A DNA stretch of 64,000 nt from a bacterium (lineage in GTDB: Bacteria; Cyanobacteriota; Vampirovibrionia; Gastranaerophilales; Gastranaerophilaceae). Position 1 is the stretch's first letter; the number at the start of each line of letters is the position of its first letter. Both the position numbers and the translations under genes were made by a program. Positions 54,543 through 64,000 of the stretch are shown in pieces. Where the stretch lies: assembly GCA_014803505.1 (NCBI GenBank), contig JAAVBM010000021.1, forward strand, positions 2,078-66,077, in the 5' to 3' direction. A model generated the notes under the pieces. It saw nothing but the letters and a program-made list of their open reading frames with translations, was not told the origin of the DNA and made no database searches.

Positions 54543-56006
54543 ATGAATTTAGATAGCCAAATTGATAGCATTTTATCTCCAATAGCAAATAAAATTTCCG
54601 GATTGATATTTTCTCACGTAACAATTCACGGTGTTCGTGTGGAATTTTTAATTGTTCTTTTAATGGTTGCGGCATTATATTTTACTTTTAGAACAAGATT
54701 TATCGGATTATGGGGATTTAAACATGCAATTGATTTAATTACTAAGAAATATAAGCACGATGATGCAATTGTTCGAAAAAAACATGGTGAAGTATCGTCA
54801 TTCCAAGCTTTAACTGCGACAATTTCTGCTTCTGCTGGCATGGGAAATGTTGTGGGTTCGGCTCTTGCCGTTTCTGTAGGTGGACCGGGGGTAATTTTTT
54901 GGATGATTGTTGCCGGTGTTTTTTCTATGGCTTTAAAATTTGCAGAAGTTCTTCTTGGTATAAAGTTTAGACAAATCAATAAAGACGGATCTTCTTCCGG
55001 CGGTCCAATGTATTACATTATCAATGGGTTACGTGCTCCATGGATAAAACCTTACACTCCGTATCTTTCAAAAATTTACGCTATTTGCTGTGTATTTGCG
55101 ATGATTGGCGGATGGAACTTGTTCCAGATCAATGCGATTACTACTCAAATTACGAATGTTACCGGTTTATTTACCGGTCAACGTTGGATTTTTGGTTTGA
55201 TTGTTGCTGTGATTACATATGTTACGGTTATTGGCGGAATTAAATCTATAGGAAAATTTACATCAAAAGTTACTCCTGTAATGTGTACTTTGTATGTATT
55301 TTCAGCATTTATAATATGTTTGTTAAATGTACATCATATACCTGAAACTATTTGTTTGATTGTAAAAGAAGCATTTAAACCTACAGCTGTTGGTGGTGGA
55401 ATTTTTGCTTGTATGTTGTGGGGTTTTAGACGTGCAATGTTTGCAAACGAAGCAGGATTAGGTACCGCACCGATTGCATTTTCTGCCGTTAAGACCAGCA
55501 AGCCTGTTGCTCAAGCTTTTATTGCAATGTTACAACCATTTGTTGATACGGTAATTGTTGGGGCTGCAACAGCATTTATCATTGTTGTTACCGGCGCCTA
55601 TTTAAATACTAACGGAATAGAAGGTATTGAATTAACTTCAAAAGCATTTGCTTCGGTTTGTCCATTCTTTCCTATATTGTTAACTTTTATGGCAAGTTGT
55701 TTTGTATTATCAACTATGCTTTGTGGTTCATATTACGGAACAAAAAGTTGGAATTTTTTGTTTGGCGAATCTAAGATGACTACCCGAACTTTCCAGATAA
55801 TTTACTGTTTATTTATTATTATTGGCTCTGCTATGAATTTGAAAAGTGTTGTAAATTTGTCTGATGCATTCACTTTATTTTTAGCTGTTCCAAATTTGAT
55901 TGCAGTATTTTTATTATCTGATATAATAATGAAAGAATTGAGACGATATTGCAGAAAATATAATATCGGTTTCTTTAAAAACGAAGGCAATGAGGAGAGA
56001 GAATAG
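54543..56006 (+). CDS. Alanine/glycine:cation symporter (AGCS family)
   Basis: 487 aa, about 11 TM segments. GEVSSFQALTATISASAGMGNVVG, GGPGVIFWM, FANEAGLGTAPIA. Confidence 0.85.
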   Translation: MNLDSQIDSILSPIANKISGLIFSHVTIHGVRVEFLIVLLMVAALYFTFRTRFIGLWGFKHAIDLITKKYKHDDAIVRKKHGEVSSFQALTATISASAGMGNVVGSALAVSVGGPGVIFWMIVAGVFSMALKFAEVLLGIKFRQINKDGSSSGGPMYYIINGLRAPWIKPYTPYLSKIYAICCVFAMIGGWNLFQINAITTQITNVTGLFTGQRWIFGLIVAVITYVTVIGGIKSIGKFTSKVTPVMCTLYVFSAFIICLLNVHHIPETICLIVKEAFKPTAVGGGIFACMLWGFRRAMFANEAGLGTAPIAFSAVKTSKPVAQAFIAMLQPFVDTVIVGAATAFIIVVTGAYLNTNGIEGIELTSKAFASVCPFFPILLTFMASCFVLSTMLCGSYYGTKSWNFLFGESKMTTRTFQIIYCLFIIIGSAMNLKSVVNLSDAFTLFLAVPNLIAVFLLSDIIMKELRRYCRKYNIGFFKNEGNEERE

Positions 56007-56654
56007 ATGATTAAAAAAGGTTGTTTGGACATAGTTCAATCAAAATGCGAAAATTGTACAGATTGCGTATTGGCAAATACTCGTAAAAATGTTGTATTTT
56101 CTGACGGAAATCCTGAAACTGCAAGAATTGTTTTAATTGGTGAAGCTCCTGGGGAAACTGAAGATGAAACAGGAAAACCGTTTGTTGGTCGTGCAGGTCA
56201 ATTGTTAGATAAATTCCTTGAAGAAGCAGGAATTTCAAGACAAGATGATTTGTATATTATTAACACAGTTAAATGCAGACCTCCTGAAAACAGAGTTCCA
56301 ACAGAAGTTGAAAAAACTTTATGCGAAAGATATTTGACTGCACAAATTGATATTATGAATCCACAAGCAATTATTTTCTGTGGTGCTACAGCATTAAAAT
56401 CATTCTGGGCAGATAAAAAAGTTCAGATTTCAAAAGTTCGCGGAAATTGGTTTAATGTTACGATTAACGGAAAAGAATATCGTGCAATGGCAATATTCCA
56501 TCCATCATATCTTTTGAGAAACCATTCAATGGAAGAGGGTTCTCCAAGAAGATTGATGCAACAAGATTTATCAGTAATCAAATCTGAAATTCTTGGTGAT
56601 AAAAAGGAGTATTCCACGTCCAACCCTTTCAATAAGGAAATGGCTTTGGTATAA
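56007..56654 (+). CDS. Uracil-DNA glycosylase, family 4
   Basis: C..C..C cluster, LIGEAPGETEDETGKPFVGRAGQLLD, VKCRPP and FHPSYLLRN. Confidence 0.9.
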   Translation: MIKKGCLDIVQSKCENCTDCVLANTRKNVVFSDGNPETARIVLIGEAPGETEDETGKPFVGRAGQLLDKFLEEAGISRQDDLYIINTVKCRPPENRVPTEVEKTLCERYLTAQIDIMNPQAIIFCGATALKSFWADKKVQISKVRGNWFNVTINGKEYRAMAIFHPSYLLRNHSMEEGSPRRLMQQDLSVIKSEILGDKKEYSTSNPFNKEMALV

Positions 56655-56689
56655 TCAAAATCCGAAATTTATATCATATTCAAGAGAAA

Positions 56690-56720
56690 AAGATACGGCT
56701 AAAATCTAGCCGTATCTTTT
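56690..56720 (+). terminator. Rho-independent terminator after the UDG gene
   Basis: 11-bp stem aagatacggct/agccgtatctt followed by T residues. Confidence 0.6.
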
Positions 56721-56766
56721 AGTTTAAATTTATTATTTTTTAATTGATTTATAAGGTAGAATAGAT

Positions 56767-57339
56767 TTATTTTTTAGAATAAATATAATACAATTCATCA
56801 AGTTCTTTTGCTCTCAATTTAATTAAATTAATTTGATCAGCGGCAAGAATATTTGTATACATTGTACCCATCATTGTACCAATGGTTTCGCTATTCAATT
56901 TTTGTTGAGCGTTTTTATATAGTAACCATTGTTTCTGAGAGTTGAACAAAAGTGCGCTTTGTTCTTTATCCATAATTTTTTCTAATAACTTTATATTTTT
57001 ATCTATTTCTTTTTCCCATTTCGGAATAGCTTCATAGACACAATCATTCATGCAAACAGTAGTATAATTGCAAGATTTCATACACTCTTGAATCTCTATA
57101 TCAATAAGTTCCGCTTTCTTTTTAGTTAATTTCAAATCTTGATATTGTTTTTGTGCAAAATCTTTATCTTCAGAGAGTATATCATTTTCAGAACTTATTT
57201 CAGAAATGGTATTATTTAATTTGCTAATTTTAGCATTTAATTCTTTAACTTGCGTATTACATTTTATTGCATATACAAGGCTGACTATAGAGCAAAAAGA
57301 TAAAAATATTATGATAAATATCAGAATAAATTTTTTCAT
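56767..57339 (-). CDS. Membrane-anchored coiled-coil protein with a DUF1311 (LprI-like) C-terminal domain (tentative)
   Basis: N-terminal TM helix and a coiled coil, then ECMKSCNYTTVCMNDC...WEKEIDKN...SQKQWLLYKNAQ, matching the Cys/W pattern of DUF1311. Confidence 0.45.
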   Translation of the reverse strand: MKKFILIFIIIFLSFCSIVSLVYAIKCNTQVKELNAKISKLNNTISEISSENDILSEDKDFAQKQYQDLKLTKKKAELIDIEIQECMKSCNYTTVCMNDCVYEAIPKWEKEIDKNIKLLEKIMDKEQSALLFNSQKQWLLYKNAQQKLNSETIGTMMGTMYTNILAADQINLIKLRAKELDELYYIYSKK

Positions 57340-57627
57340 AAACCTATTTTACTGAAAATCTTAAAACTATTCAAATTTTTTATGATAATTATTTTTAATC
57401 ATAATTGTATTTCCTTTCATTTTTATTTGATAATTGTTTTTTAATCGACATTTTTTATTATAAAAGTGTTAATATGTCGTTGCTAGTCCGTACTTTTACG
57501 GATTGACAAAGTTTTTCAAGCTATCAGAAGGTTGTAGCTAAATTTTCGCAGTAAAATTTACATAATTTACAAAAAAATTGTAAATATTTTGCTTAATAAA
57601 TACTATAATTTAAGCTTAATTTTATTC

Positions 57628-59175
57628 CTATTTTACGTTCATAGCTTGTATTTGACGCATTTTTGTATTGATTTCGTTCATCAAGCTGATATTTTCTGTT
57701 TGTCTGGCATATTTTTGAGCTTTTGATAAAAGATTATATGCTTTGTTTAAGCTGTTAAATTCAACCATGATATCTGCGGCAGAAAGATAGTTTTGTGCAA
57801 TTTTTACCGGAGATTCTGCGGTTGTATAATTTTTAACGGCTTTAGAGTATGATTTTAATGCCTTTTCTGGTTCATCGAATTTTGTGTACGCATTTGCTGT
57901 ATTTGATTCAACAAAACCTCTGAGGTTATAATTCTCGGTTTCTTGAGCCAAATCTGACGCTACTTCGTAAAAATCAAAAGCTTCTTTTTCATACATATCG
58001 GTATAAATATTTCCGATTTTTGTAAGCGATGCTGATTGTGCAGGAAGATTTTCTGCTTCTCCCGCAAATGAAACTGTGCTGACGTAGTGGTCTAATGCCG
58101 GTGTAATTTGATTTACATCGTCATAAATTTGTGCCATTGAGTAGTGGGCTTTAGTTTTCACATTTTCGTCAGTAGTTAACTTGATTGATTGGTTGTAGCT
58201 TTTTAGAGCTTGAGCCAAATAATCATGATCATCGTAAATTTTACCTACTTCATAATATATTTTTCCTGAAGTTTCGGTATCATCAATTTCCATTGCGCGG
58301 TTTAAAGCTTGTTCAAATGAGCGTATTGCATTTTCAGGGTCATTAGCGTAGGCATATTTTTTTGCCTGAATAAATAATGATTTTAATTGCTTGTCCTGAG
58401 GAATTTTAGTCGATGTTGTTTGACCTGCAACTGTAATAGGAATTACGTTAGAATTTTCTTCTTGTGCAGCTTGTGGAACTGTTTCGACTTGAGAGGTTTC
58501 GTGAAGCTCTTCTTGTCGTTTAGTTTGACTTGTTGAACCGTCAGGAAATTTTACTAAAAATCTTTCGTTTATATCATCTTCGTTGTATTTGAAGTCGATT
58601 TTTTGTAGAAATAATGTATCAACCCAGTTTTCTACGACTTTTGAATCTTTTCCTAATGTATCTGAAATATGTTTATCCAGAATGGAAGATGCGTTTTTTA
58701 GATTTGATTTAACAAGTTTAGTATTCGGGTTGTCTTTTTTAACTTGTTTCTCTATTAAAGAAAGGTATCCTTCAACTTCTTCTGCCAAATCTTCAGGGGT
58801 TCCGATTGCAATTGCAGTGTTTTTAAAATCTTTAAGGATTTGGGCAATATTAATTTGGCTGTCCAGTTGATTTTGGGTAACAGGTTCTGCTATTTGTTGA
58901 GGTTGAATATTTTGGTTTGCAGGATTGTTTATACTTACGCTACTGTATGCGCTTTGTGCAGGCATGGAAAATTTTTGTTCGTAAGCAGGAGTATATGTTT
59001 GTTGTTTATTTTCAACCTGTTGCAGACCTTTACTTCTTGAATTTTGATTGGATTGTTCTTCGCGTTGCGCATTAGCGGCTGAAGATTTTTCTTCTTCTTC
59101 ACGCTTTTTGACAGGAGTTCTGTTATCCTGTTTTACATAAGGTCTTTGATATATATTATTTAGACTCAATCCCAT
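57628..59175 (-). CDS. Hypothetical protein with a TPR-like C-terminal half
   Basis: Q/N/E-rich disordered N-terminus. The C-terminus has repeated A..Y/F..A patterns (AIRSFEQALNRAMEI, ALKSYNQSIKLT, ALKSYSKAVKNY). Confidence 0.5.
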   Translation of the reverse strand: MGLSLNNIYQRPYVKQDNRTPVKKREEEEKSSAANAQREEQSNQNSRSKGLQQVENKQQTYTPAYEQKFSMPAQSAYSSVSINNPANQNIQPQQIAEPVTQNQLDSQINIAQILKDFKNTAIAIGTPEDLAEEVEGYLSLIEKQVKKDNPNTKLVKSNLKNASSILDKHISDTLGKDSKVVENWVDTLFLQKIDFKYNEDDINERFLVKFPDGSTSQTKRQEELHETSQVETVPQAAQEENSNVIPITVAGQTTSTKIPQDKQLKSLFIQAKKYAYANDPENAIRSFEQALNRAMEIDDTETSGKIYYEVGKIYDDHDYLAQALKSYNQSIKLTTDENVKTKAHYSMAQIYDDVNQITPALDHYVSTVSFAGEAENLPAQSASLTKIGNIYTDMYEKEAFDFYEVASDLAQETENYNLRGFVESNTANAYTKFDEPEKALKSYSKAVKNYTTAESPVKIAQNYLSAADIMVEFNSLNKAYNLLSKAQKYARQTENISLMNEINTKMRQIQAMNVK

Positions 59176-59454
59176 ATCTTATAATTATCTACCTTCAAGC
59201 CTGACTATTATACATTATATTTTTAGCATAATTTCATATCAAAAGGGTCATACTTTTGTATGATTTTTGCCATGATTTATTTAAGTTTATTTTTACAAAA
59301 GTCAAGGTATTGAATTTATCTATTATAGTTTGCAAACAGGTTAAAATATGCGGGATTTATAATGAAAATTATTTTAACAAATGTAAAAGATTTGACATAA
59401 TATCATGACAAATTGCTTTGCTTATTTTATTATTGAGTAAATTTTGGAGGCAGA

Positions 59455-59961
59455 ATGATTGAGCAAATTTTAGAAAATAAATCCGATTTTGATTTAACTT
59501 CAAAAAGCACATTTTCCAGTGAGAATGATACTTTTACATCTCGTTCTTTTGCTGCGTTACTTGCTAAAAATACTGTTCCGGCTTCTCATAAAAGAATTGC
59601 CGATAATTATTTAATTATTAAAAAAGTATTTAAATTCCAAGTGTGCATGAGTAGAATTTCTAATGTTGAAAAATCATTATTGGAAAAATATGATTTTAAT
59701 GTTATGGAATTTACTACTATGAAGCAAATGTATGATGAGTTAAGCCTTTTGCAAAAATGGTCTGTTTCTGAAAACAAGGAGTTGAGAGAAGATTCTGATA
59801 ATATTCTTATTATTAGAGTTAAGGAATTGAAATACTTGGAAGCAAGCAGATATGCTTCTGTTTCTAACGAAATATATAACGGTTATAAAGCATTTGAACA
59901 ATATTTGAAAGAAATAAGTAAGTTTCAATCAGTGCAACCGATTCACTCTTTGAATATCTAA
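59455..59961 (+). CDS. Hypothetical protein (168 aa)
   Basis: GGAGG RBS 5 nt upstream. No family recognised. Confidence 0.45.
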   Translation: MIEQILENKSDFDLTSKSTFSSENDTFTSRSFAALLAKNTVPASHKRIADNYLIIKKVFKFQVCMSRISNVEKSLLEKYDFNVMEFTTMKQMYDELSLLQKWSVSENKELREDSDNILIIRVKELKYLEASRYASVSNEIYNGYKAFEQYLKEISKFQSVQPIHSLNI

Positions 59962-60014
59962 GAACCTTAAAATAAAACATATAACTAACGAGAAGAAAAA
60001 AGGACTAAGTAAAA

Positions 60015-60908
60015 TTAGTCCTTTTCTATTTGATATCCAAAGTTTTTTAAAGTTTTATCTTTTTTACGCCAATCTTTTTCTACTTTGACTTCTAATTGAA
60101 GATAGACTTTTTTCTCTACAATTTTTTCTAATTCCAAACGAGCTTCTGTGCCAATTTTTTTCAAAAGACTGCCGCCTTTACCTATTAAAATTCCTTTTTG
60201 ACTTTTTTGCTCACAAAATATTGTTGCATAAATTTTATCAATTTCTTCTTGTTCCATATAGTTGGTAACTTTAACTGCGACGGAATGTGGAATTTCGTCA
60301 GAGGTGTTAAGTAATATCTTTTCTCTGATTATTTCTTCAGTAACATCACGCATAGTTTCTTCTGTTACTATATCTTCAGGGTAGAGAGGTTCTCCTTCTG
60401 GGAGTTTTTTGAAAATGTTTTTCATTAAAGTATCAATATTTCTGCCCGTTTTTGCTGAAACTTTTACAACCGGAAGGTTTTCATTGAATAAAGTTTTATA
60501 TGATAAAAGGTTTTCTTCAACTTTTTCTGCTTTTTTAATTTTATCAACTTTGTTCATTACAATAATTATTGGAATGTTTGTTTGCAAAAGATTTTGCGCA
60601 ATCCATTTATCACCTTTTCCTGCTGGATCAGAACCATCGACAAGAAATAAGATAACATCTGCATCAGGTACTGCAATTTTGGCTTCATCAAGAAGAAATT
60701 CCCCCAGTTTATTTAGGGGTTTATGAACTCCCGGAGTATCAACGAAAACTATTTGACCTTCGTTATTTGTGAAGATTCCTTTAATTCTTTTTCTGGTAGT
60801 TTGGGCTTTGTCTGTAGTGATAACAATTTTTTGTCCTAAAATTTGGTTTAAAAGTGTTGATTTTCCTACATTTGGACGCCCTATTATTGCAACAAATCCA
60901 CTTTTCAT
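60015..60908 (-). CDS. era: GTPase Era
   Basis: GFVAIIGRPNVGKSTLLN, DTPG, NKVD and a C-terminal KH domain (IFCEQKSQKGILIGKGGSLLKKIG). Confidence 0.97.
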   Translation of the reverse strand: MKSGFVAIIGRPNVGKSTLLNQILGQKIVITTDKAQTTRKRIKGIFTNNEGQIVFVDTPGVHKPLNKLGEFLLDEAKIAVPDADVILFLVDGSDPAGKGDKWIAQNLLQTNIPIIIVMNKVDKIKKAEKVEENLLSYKTLFNENLPVVKVSAKTGRNIDTLMKNIFKKLPEGEPLYPEDIVTEETMRDVTEEIIREKILLNTSDEIPHSVAVKVTNYMEQEEIDKIYATIFCEQKSQKGILIGKGGSLLKKIGTEARLELEKIVEKKVYLQLEVKVEKDWRKKDKTLKNFGYQIEKD

Positions 60909-61012
60909 GAATATATTGTAACATAAATTTCATTTTTTTTTAATAAAGTGGCAAATTTTTTTACTCTCGGTTATTATATAAATAGTAGTGTAGTTGTTAG
61001 ATTAGTGGAAAA

Positions 61013-63274
61013 ATGAATAGAAAAAAAAATATAATTATCGCCGCTGTTGCTGTTGCTCTAATGACAGGTGTTTCAGCAGTTAAGGCTAGTACTTCAAATA
61101 ATTTACTTCAAATGGACGTCAGAAGATCTTCTGCAGCAAATACTGTGGATGTGACTTTTTATACGACAGGTGATTCTACAAATTCTGTAGTAACAAGAAA
61201 GTCTAATAACCGTTATGTGGTTTTGTTACCGAATGTTTCAGGATCAAGTTCGGTTATTCCGGGTATTGGCGGAGTGAAAGATTTAATAACTGATATTGAT
61301 GTAAAAAATGTTAATGATGGTATTGGCGGCTATACAAAAATAACTTTTGGTACAACTAAACCTATAAATATTAAAACTTCTATTAAGAAAACTTCACCAT
61401 TAACTCAAACACAAAAAGACTATAAAGCATTAATTGCTCAGAATAATCAGCAAGCTTCTACACAAACTCAGCAGGTTAAGACAAGTGAGTCCACTCAATC
61501 TGCTAAAGCTACCCCTGCAACTACTGCTCCGGCAGTGTCAACTCAGCCGAAAGCTCAGCAAACAAAAACTGTGCAAGTTGATAATAATGTAAAAGCTGCA
61601 CAAAAAACTCAAACCCCGACGCAAACATCTAAAACGCAATCTACACCAAAAATTAGTTTGACACCTATCAATCTTCCTAAAGTAAAGATTGAACCGCCTA
61701 AAATTAAACAGGAACAGGTAAAACCAAAAGTTGAACCTCAAAAAATTGTTGATACACCTAAGGTTGAAACTCCTAAAGTGGCAAAATCTGCTTTAACAAC
61801 TTCTGTTGATAATTATGTTCCAAAAATGAAATTTGATGAAAATGGAAAACGTCATATTGATTTGGAACCTAGAGTTTCTCACGAAATTGTAAAAGAAAAA
61901 TCTTTAGAAAACATAGATTTTGATAATGTTTCAAATAATGTGGAACAAAGTTCTACACTTGCAGAACAAAATGTTCAATCGAAAGATTCATATTCTGCAG
62001 TTGAAACTCCGCAAGATACTCAAAAATCAAATAACTTCCCTGTATGGATTTTGATTGCAGGCGGATCTGCGGCTCTTATTGCAATTTTCTTCTTAGGATT
62101 TGATGCTTTTTCTCATTCTAATAAGAAAAATCAGGAGAGACTTAAATCATTCTTTAATCAATCTTCTAAAAATCAAGTTAGAAGACGTAATCGTGAATAT
62201 CAAGATATAATTGATGATGATACTCTTAATTGGCAAGAACGTTATAAAAAATATGCGGCAAAAGATAAAGAGCTTCATCCGACTCCTGTTTCTAATGATA
62301 TATCCTATGTTACAGATATGTCTGGTACAAAAAAAGCTATTGTAGCTCCCAAAAATGATGTTGAATCTAAAAAAGACTTGAAACAGCCTTCAACACTGAA
62401 TTTTAGTAATGTTACTGATAGTATCAAAAATATACCGTCAGAAAATGAAGAAAAAAGAGCAAAATTACAAGCTAAAATTTCACAAATGGAACACTCTTTA
62501 GCTCAAACTCCAAGTTTGGAACCTTCAGATGAAGTTAAAAGCGGTGTGCGTTCTGAAGATGATACAATTATGAATTCTCTTTCTGATATTAAATTGAAAT
62601 CTTTTGCTAAAGATGTAAGTTTGAAGCAAACTCAAAGAAGTCTATTAGAAGACGATAAAAAAGTTTCCAGAAATAAATCTTTTAAAGAAGGCAGATTCGT
62701 TAAATTGAAAAATTCTCCTTTAAGTGTGAATAAAAGAAATTCTGCGGCTACAGATTTGGAAGTTTCTGATATAATGAATAGTGGGAGCAAATATTTAACA
62801 AATAATGGGGAAATGAAAATGAGCAAAGAAAAAGAAAATTACTTATTATCTTCACTAGATGAATACTTATCAATTTTAGATGATGAAAAAACAAGTTCAG
62901 CAAAAGTTGCAGAAACTTTATCTCAAGTTCAACCTTCTGCAATGAGTCGTTCAGGTATTACAAATCCTATTTCAAGAGCTTCTAATCCTATGGCAAAACA
63001 AGAAATTGCTCATAGTGTTAACGGCTTGATTGTGAAATCAGGTTATAATATTAGTTCTGATAAAGGTTTCTATCTTGTTAATTTAGACGGTGTTTCAGCA
63101 CTAGTTGGTAGAGTTAAAGATAATGTAGTTATTTTGAAAAAATTTGACCATGTAGTTGATAAACCGCTTCAAGTTAGACAAGATTATGGCTCTGTTTATA
63201 TTGTCAAAGCTGGTGGATATAAGTGTCTTGTAGATGTTGCTAAAGACAAAATGGGAACACTTATTGAAATATAA
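61013..63274 (+). CDS. Large hypothetical envelope protein (753 aa)
   Basis: Signal peptide, an AMIN-like first domain (weak), a T/Q/P/K-rich low-complexity region with PKV/PKI repeats, a central TM helix (FPVWILIAGGSAALIAIFFLGF) and a conserved-looking C-terminal about 90 aa. Confidence 0.45.
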   Translation: MNRKKNIIIAAVAVALMTGVSAVKASTSNNLLQMDVRRSSAANTVDVTFYTTGDSTNSVVTRKSNNRYVVLLPNVSGSSSVIPGIGGVKDLITDIDVKNVNDGIGGYTKITFGTTKPINIKTSIKKTSPLTQTQKDYKALIAQNNQQASTQTQQVKTSESTQSAKATPATTAPAVSTQPKAQQTKTVQVDNNVKAAQKTQTPTQTSKTQSTPKISLTPINLPKVKIEPPKIKQEQVKPKVEPQKIVDTPKVETPKVAKSALTTSVDNYVPKMKFDENGKRHIDLEPRVSHEIVKEKSLENIDFDNVSNNVEQSSTLAEQNVQSKDSYSAVETPQDTQKSNNFPVWILIAGGSAALIAIFFLGFDAFSHSNKKNQERLKSFFNQSSKNQVRRRNREYQDIIDDDTLNWQERYKKYAAKDKELHPTPVSNDISYVTDMSGTKKAIVAPKNDVESKKDLKQPSTLNFSNVTDSIKNIPSENEEKRAKLQAKISQMEHSLAQTPSLEPSDEVKSGVRSEDDTIMNSLSDIKLKSFAKDVSLKQTQRSLLEDDKKVSRNKSFKEGRFVKLKNSPLSVNKRNSAATDLEVSDIMNSGSKYLTNNGEMKMSKEKENYLLSSLDEYLSILDDEKTSSAKVAETLSQVQPSAMSRSGITNPISRASNPMAKQEIAHSVNGLIVKSGYNISSDKGFYLVNLDGVSALVGRVKDNVVILKKFDHVVDKPLQVRQDYGSVYIVKAGGYKCLVDVAKDKMGTLIEI

Positions 63275-63296
63275 TTTTACATGGTTTTAACTCATA

Positions 63297-64000
63297 ATGT
63301 TAAAGAAAATAATTATTTTAATCTGTTTAGTAATAGGGACAAGCATTTTTTGCTGTTTGAATTTTGTTAATAAAAGTTATTTTCCTGATAAAACAAAAAT
63401 TCAATTAGCTTCTTGGGGATCTGAATCAGAAATACGAATTCTAAAACCTATTCTGAAAGATTTTGAAAGAGAAAATCCTGATATCGAAATCGATTTCATG
63501 CATATTCCTCAGAATTATTTTCAAAAATTACATTTGCTTTTTGCTTCTAATACGGCTCCCGATGTGATTTTTATTAATAATCATTATTTACCGATATACG
63601 CTAATGCTAATGTTCTCGAGGATTTGACCCCTTATTCGCAAGAATTTGAATTTGAAGGGCTTTATAATAAATCTCTTGAGGCCTTAACTTGGGACAAAAA
63701 AATTTATGCAGTTCCTCGTGATGTTTCTACTTTGGTTGTCTTTTATAATAAGGATTTGTTCAATAAGTTTAAAGTACCGTATCCAAATGAAAATTGGTCT
63801 ATTGAAGAGTTTTTAGATACGGCAGGAAAATTAACTCATTTACCCGAAATTTTTGGAATATCATTTGATGAAGAGCCTTTGTTTTATCTTCCTTATTTGA
63901 CCTATTTTGGAGTTAAGGATTTTGCAGATATGGATTCTGAAAACTACCAAAAGGGTTTAAATTTTTATTCAGATTTACGAAATAAATACCATTACGCTCC
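63297..64000 (+). CDS. ABC transporter extracellular solute-binding protein (family 1, sugar-type), 3' end outside window
   Basis: Not in the supplied track. Read by hand: ATG at 63297, no stop through 64000. MLKKIIILICLVIGTSIFCC..., IQLASWGSESE, NPDIEIDFMHIPQNYFQKLHLLFASNTAPDVIF and YAVPRDVSTLVVFYNKDLF. Confidence 0.7.
   Translation, partial: MLKKIIILICLVIGTSIFCCLNFVNKSYFPDKTKIQLASWGSESEIRILKPILKDFERENPDIEIDFMHIPQNYFQKLHLLFASNTAPDVIFINNHYLPIYANANVLEDLTPYSQEFEFEGLYNKSLEALTWDKKIYAVPRDVSTLVVFYNKDLFNKFKVPYPNENWSIEEFLDTAGKLTHLPEIFGISFDEEPLFYLPYLTYFGVKDFADMDSENYQKGLNFYSDLRNKYHYA

Noticed and set aside
1-64000. Use of an alternative genetic code (TGA reassignment), given the AT-rich genome.
   Set aside because: Long conserved genes (lepA, pheT, era, lysA) translate uninterrupted under the standard code. 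TGA is also used as an apparent genuine stop, for example at XRE paralogue B and the ORF upstream of engB.

Overview
The window is AT-rich (judged by eye, not computed), densely coding bacterial chromosome from a diderm, flagellated, probably anaerobic organism. All family calls come from motifs read off the supplied translations; no database search was run.

Markers for that lifestyle:
- Outer membrane and envelope: an LptF/G-type permease, BamA and Skp.
- Flagellar rod: flgF-like, flgG-like, flgB and flgC.
- Oxygen and iron handling: ferritin and a flavodiiron protein.

Housekeeping genes are confidently recognisable: lepA, pheT, era, engB, lysA, cdaA, rsmI, udp, panE, xerC/D, a Ctp peptidase, a family-4 UDG and an AGCS symporter. 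There are also two tRNAs, Cys-GCA and Leu-GAG.

Other recurring content: four large TPR proteins, six small XRE-type and two stand-alone LuxR-type HTH regulators, and many lineage-specific hypothetical proteins. The gene content, the unlinked pheT and the frequent SD-less starts loosely suggest a Melainabacteria/Vampirovibrionia-like gut organism. That placement is a weak inference.

I see no rRNA, IS element, prophage, cas genes or recognisable defence system, and I cannot claim a clear novel multi-gene system.

The most noteworthy items:
1. An intact tRNA-Leu sits inside fragments of its own ends plus nested complementary blocks.
2. It is followed by a small accessory block containing an ADP-ribosyltransferase-like ORF.
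3. A hairpin repeat family shows compensatory stem changes.
4. An XRE regulator cassette is tandemly duplicated and carries a perfect consensus promoter.
5. A soluble FlhA-C-like protein is fused to a DUF4177-like domain.
6. A GC-rich 33-bp direct repeat pair lies downstream of that gene.
7. An L,D-transpeptidase gene is frameshifted.
8. An unlisted 52-aa ORF has a strong SD and a terminator.
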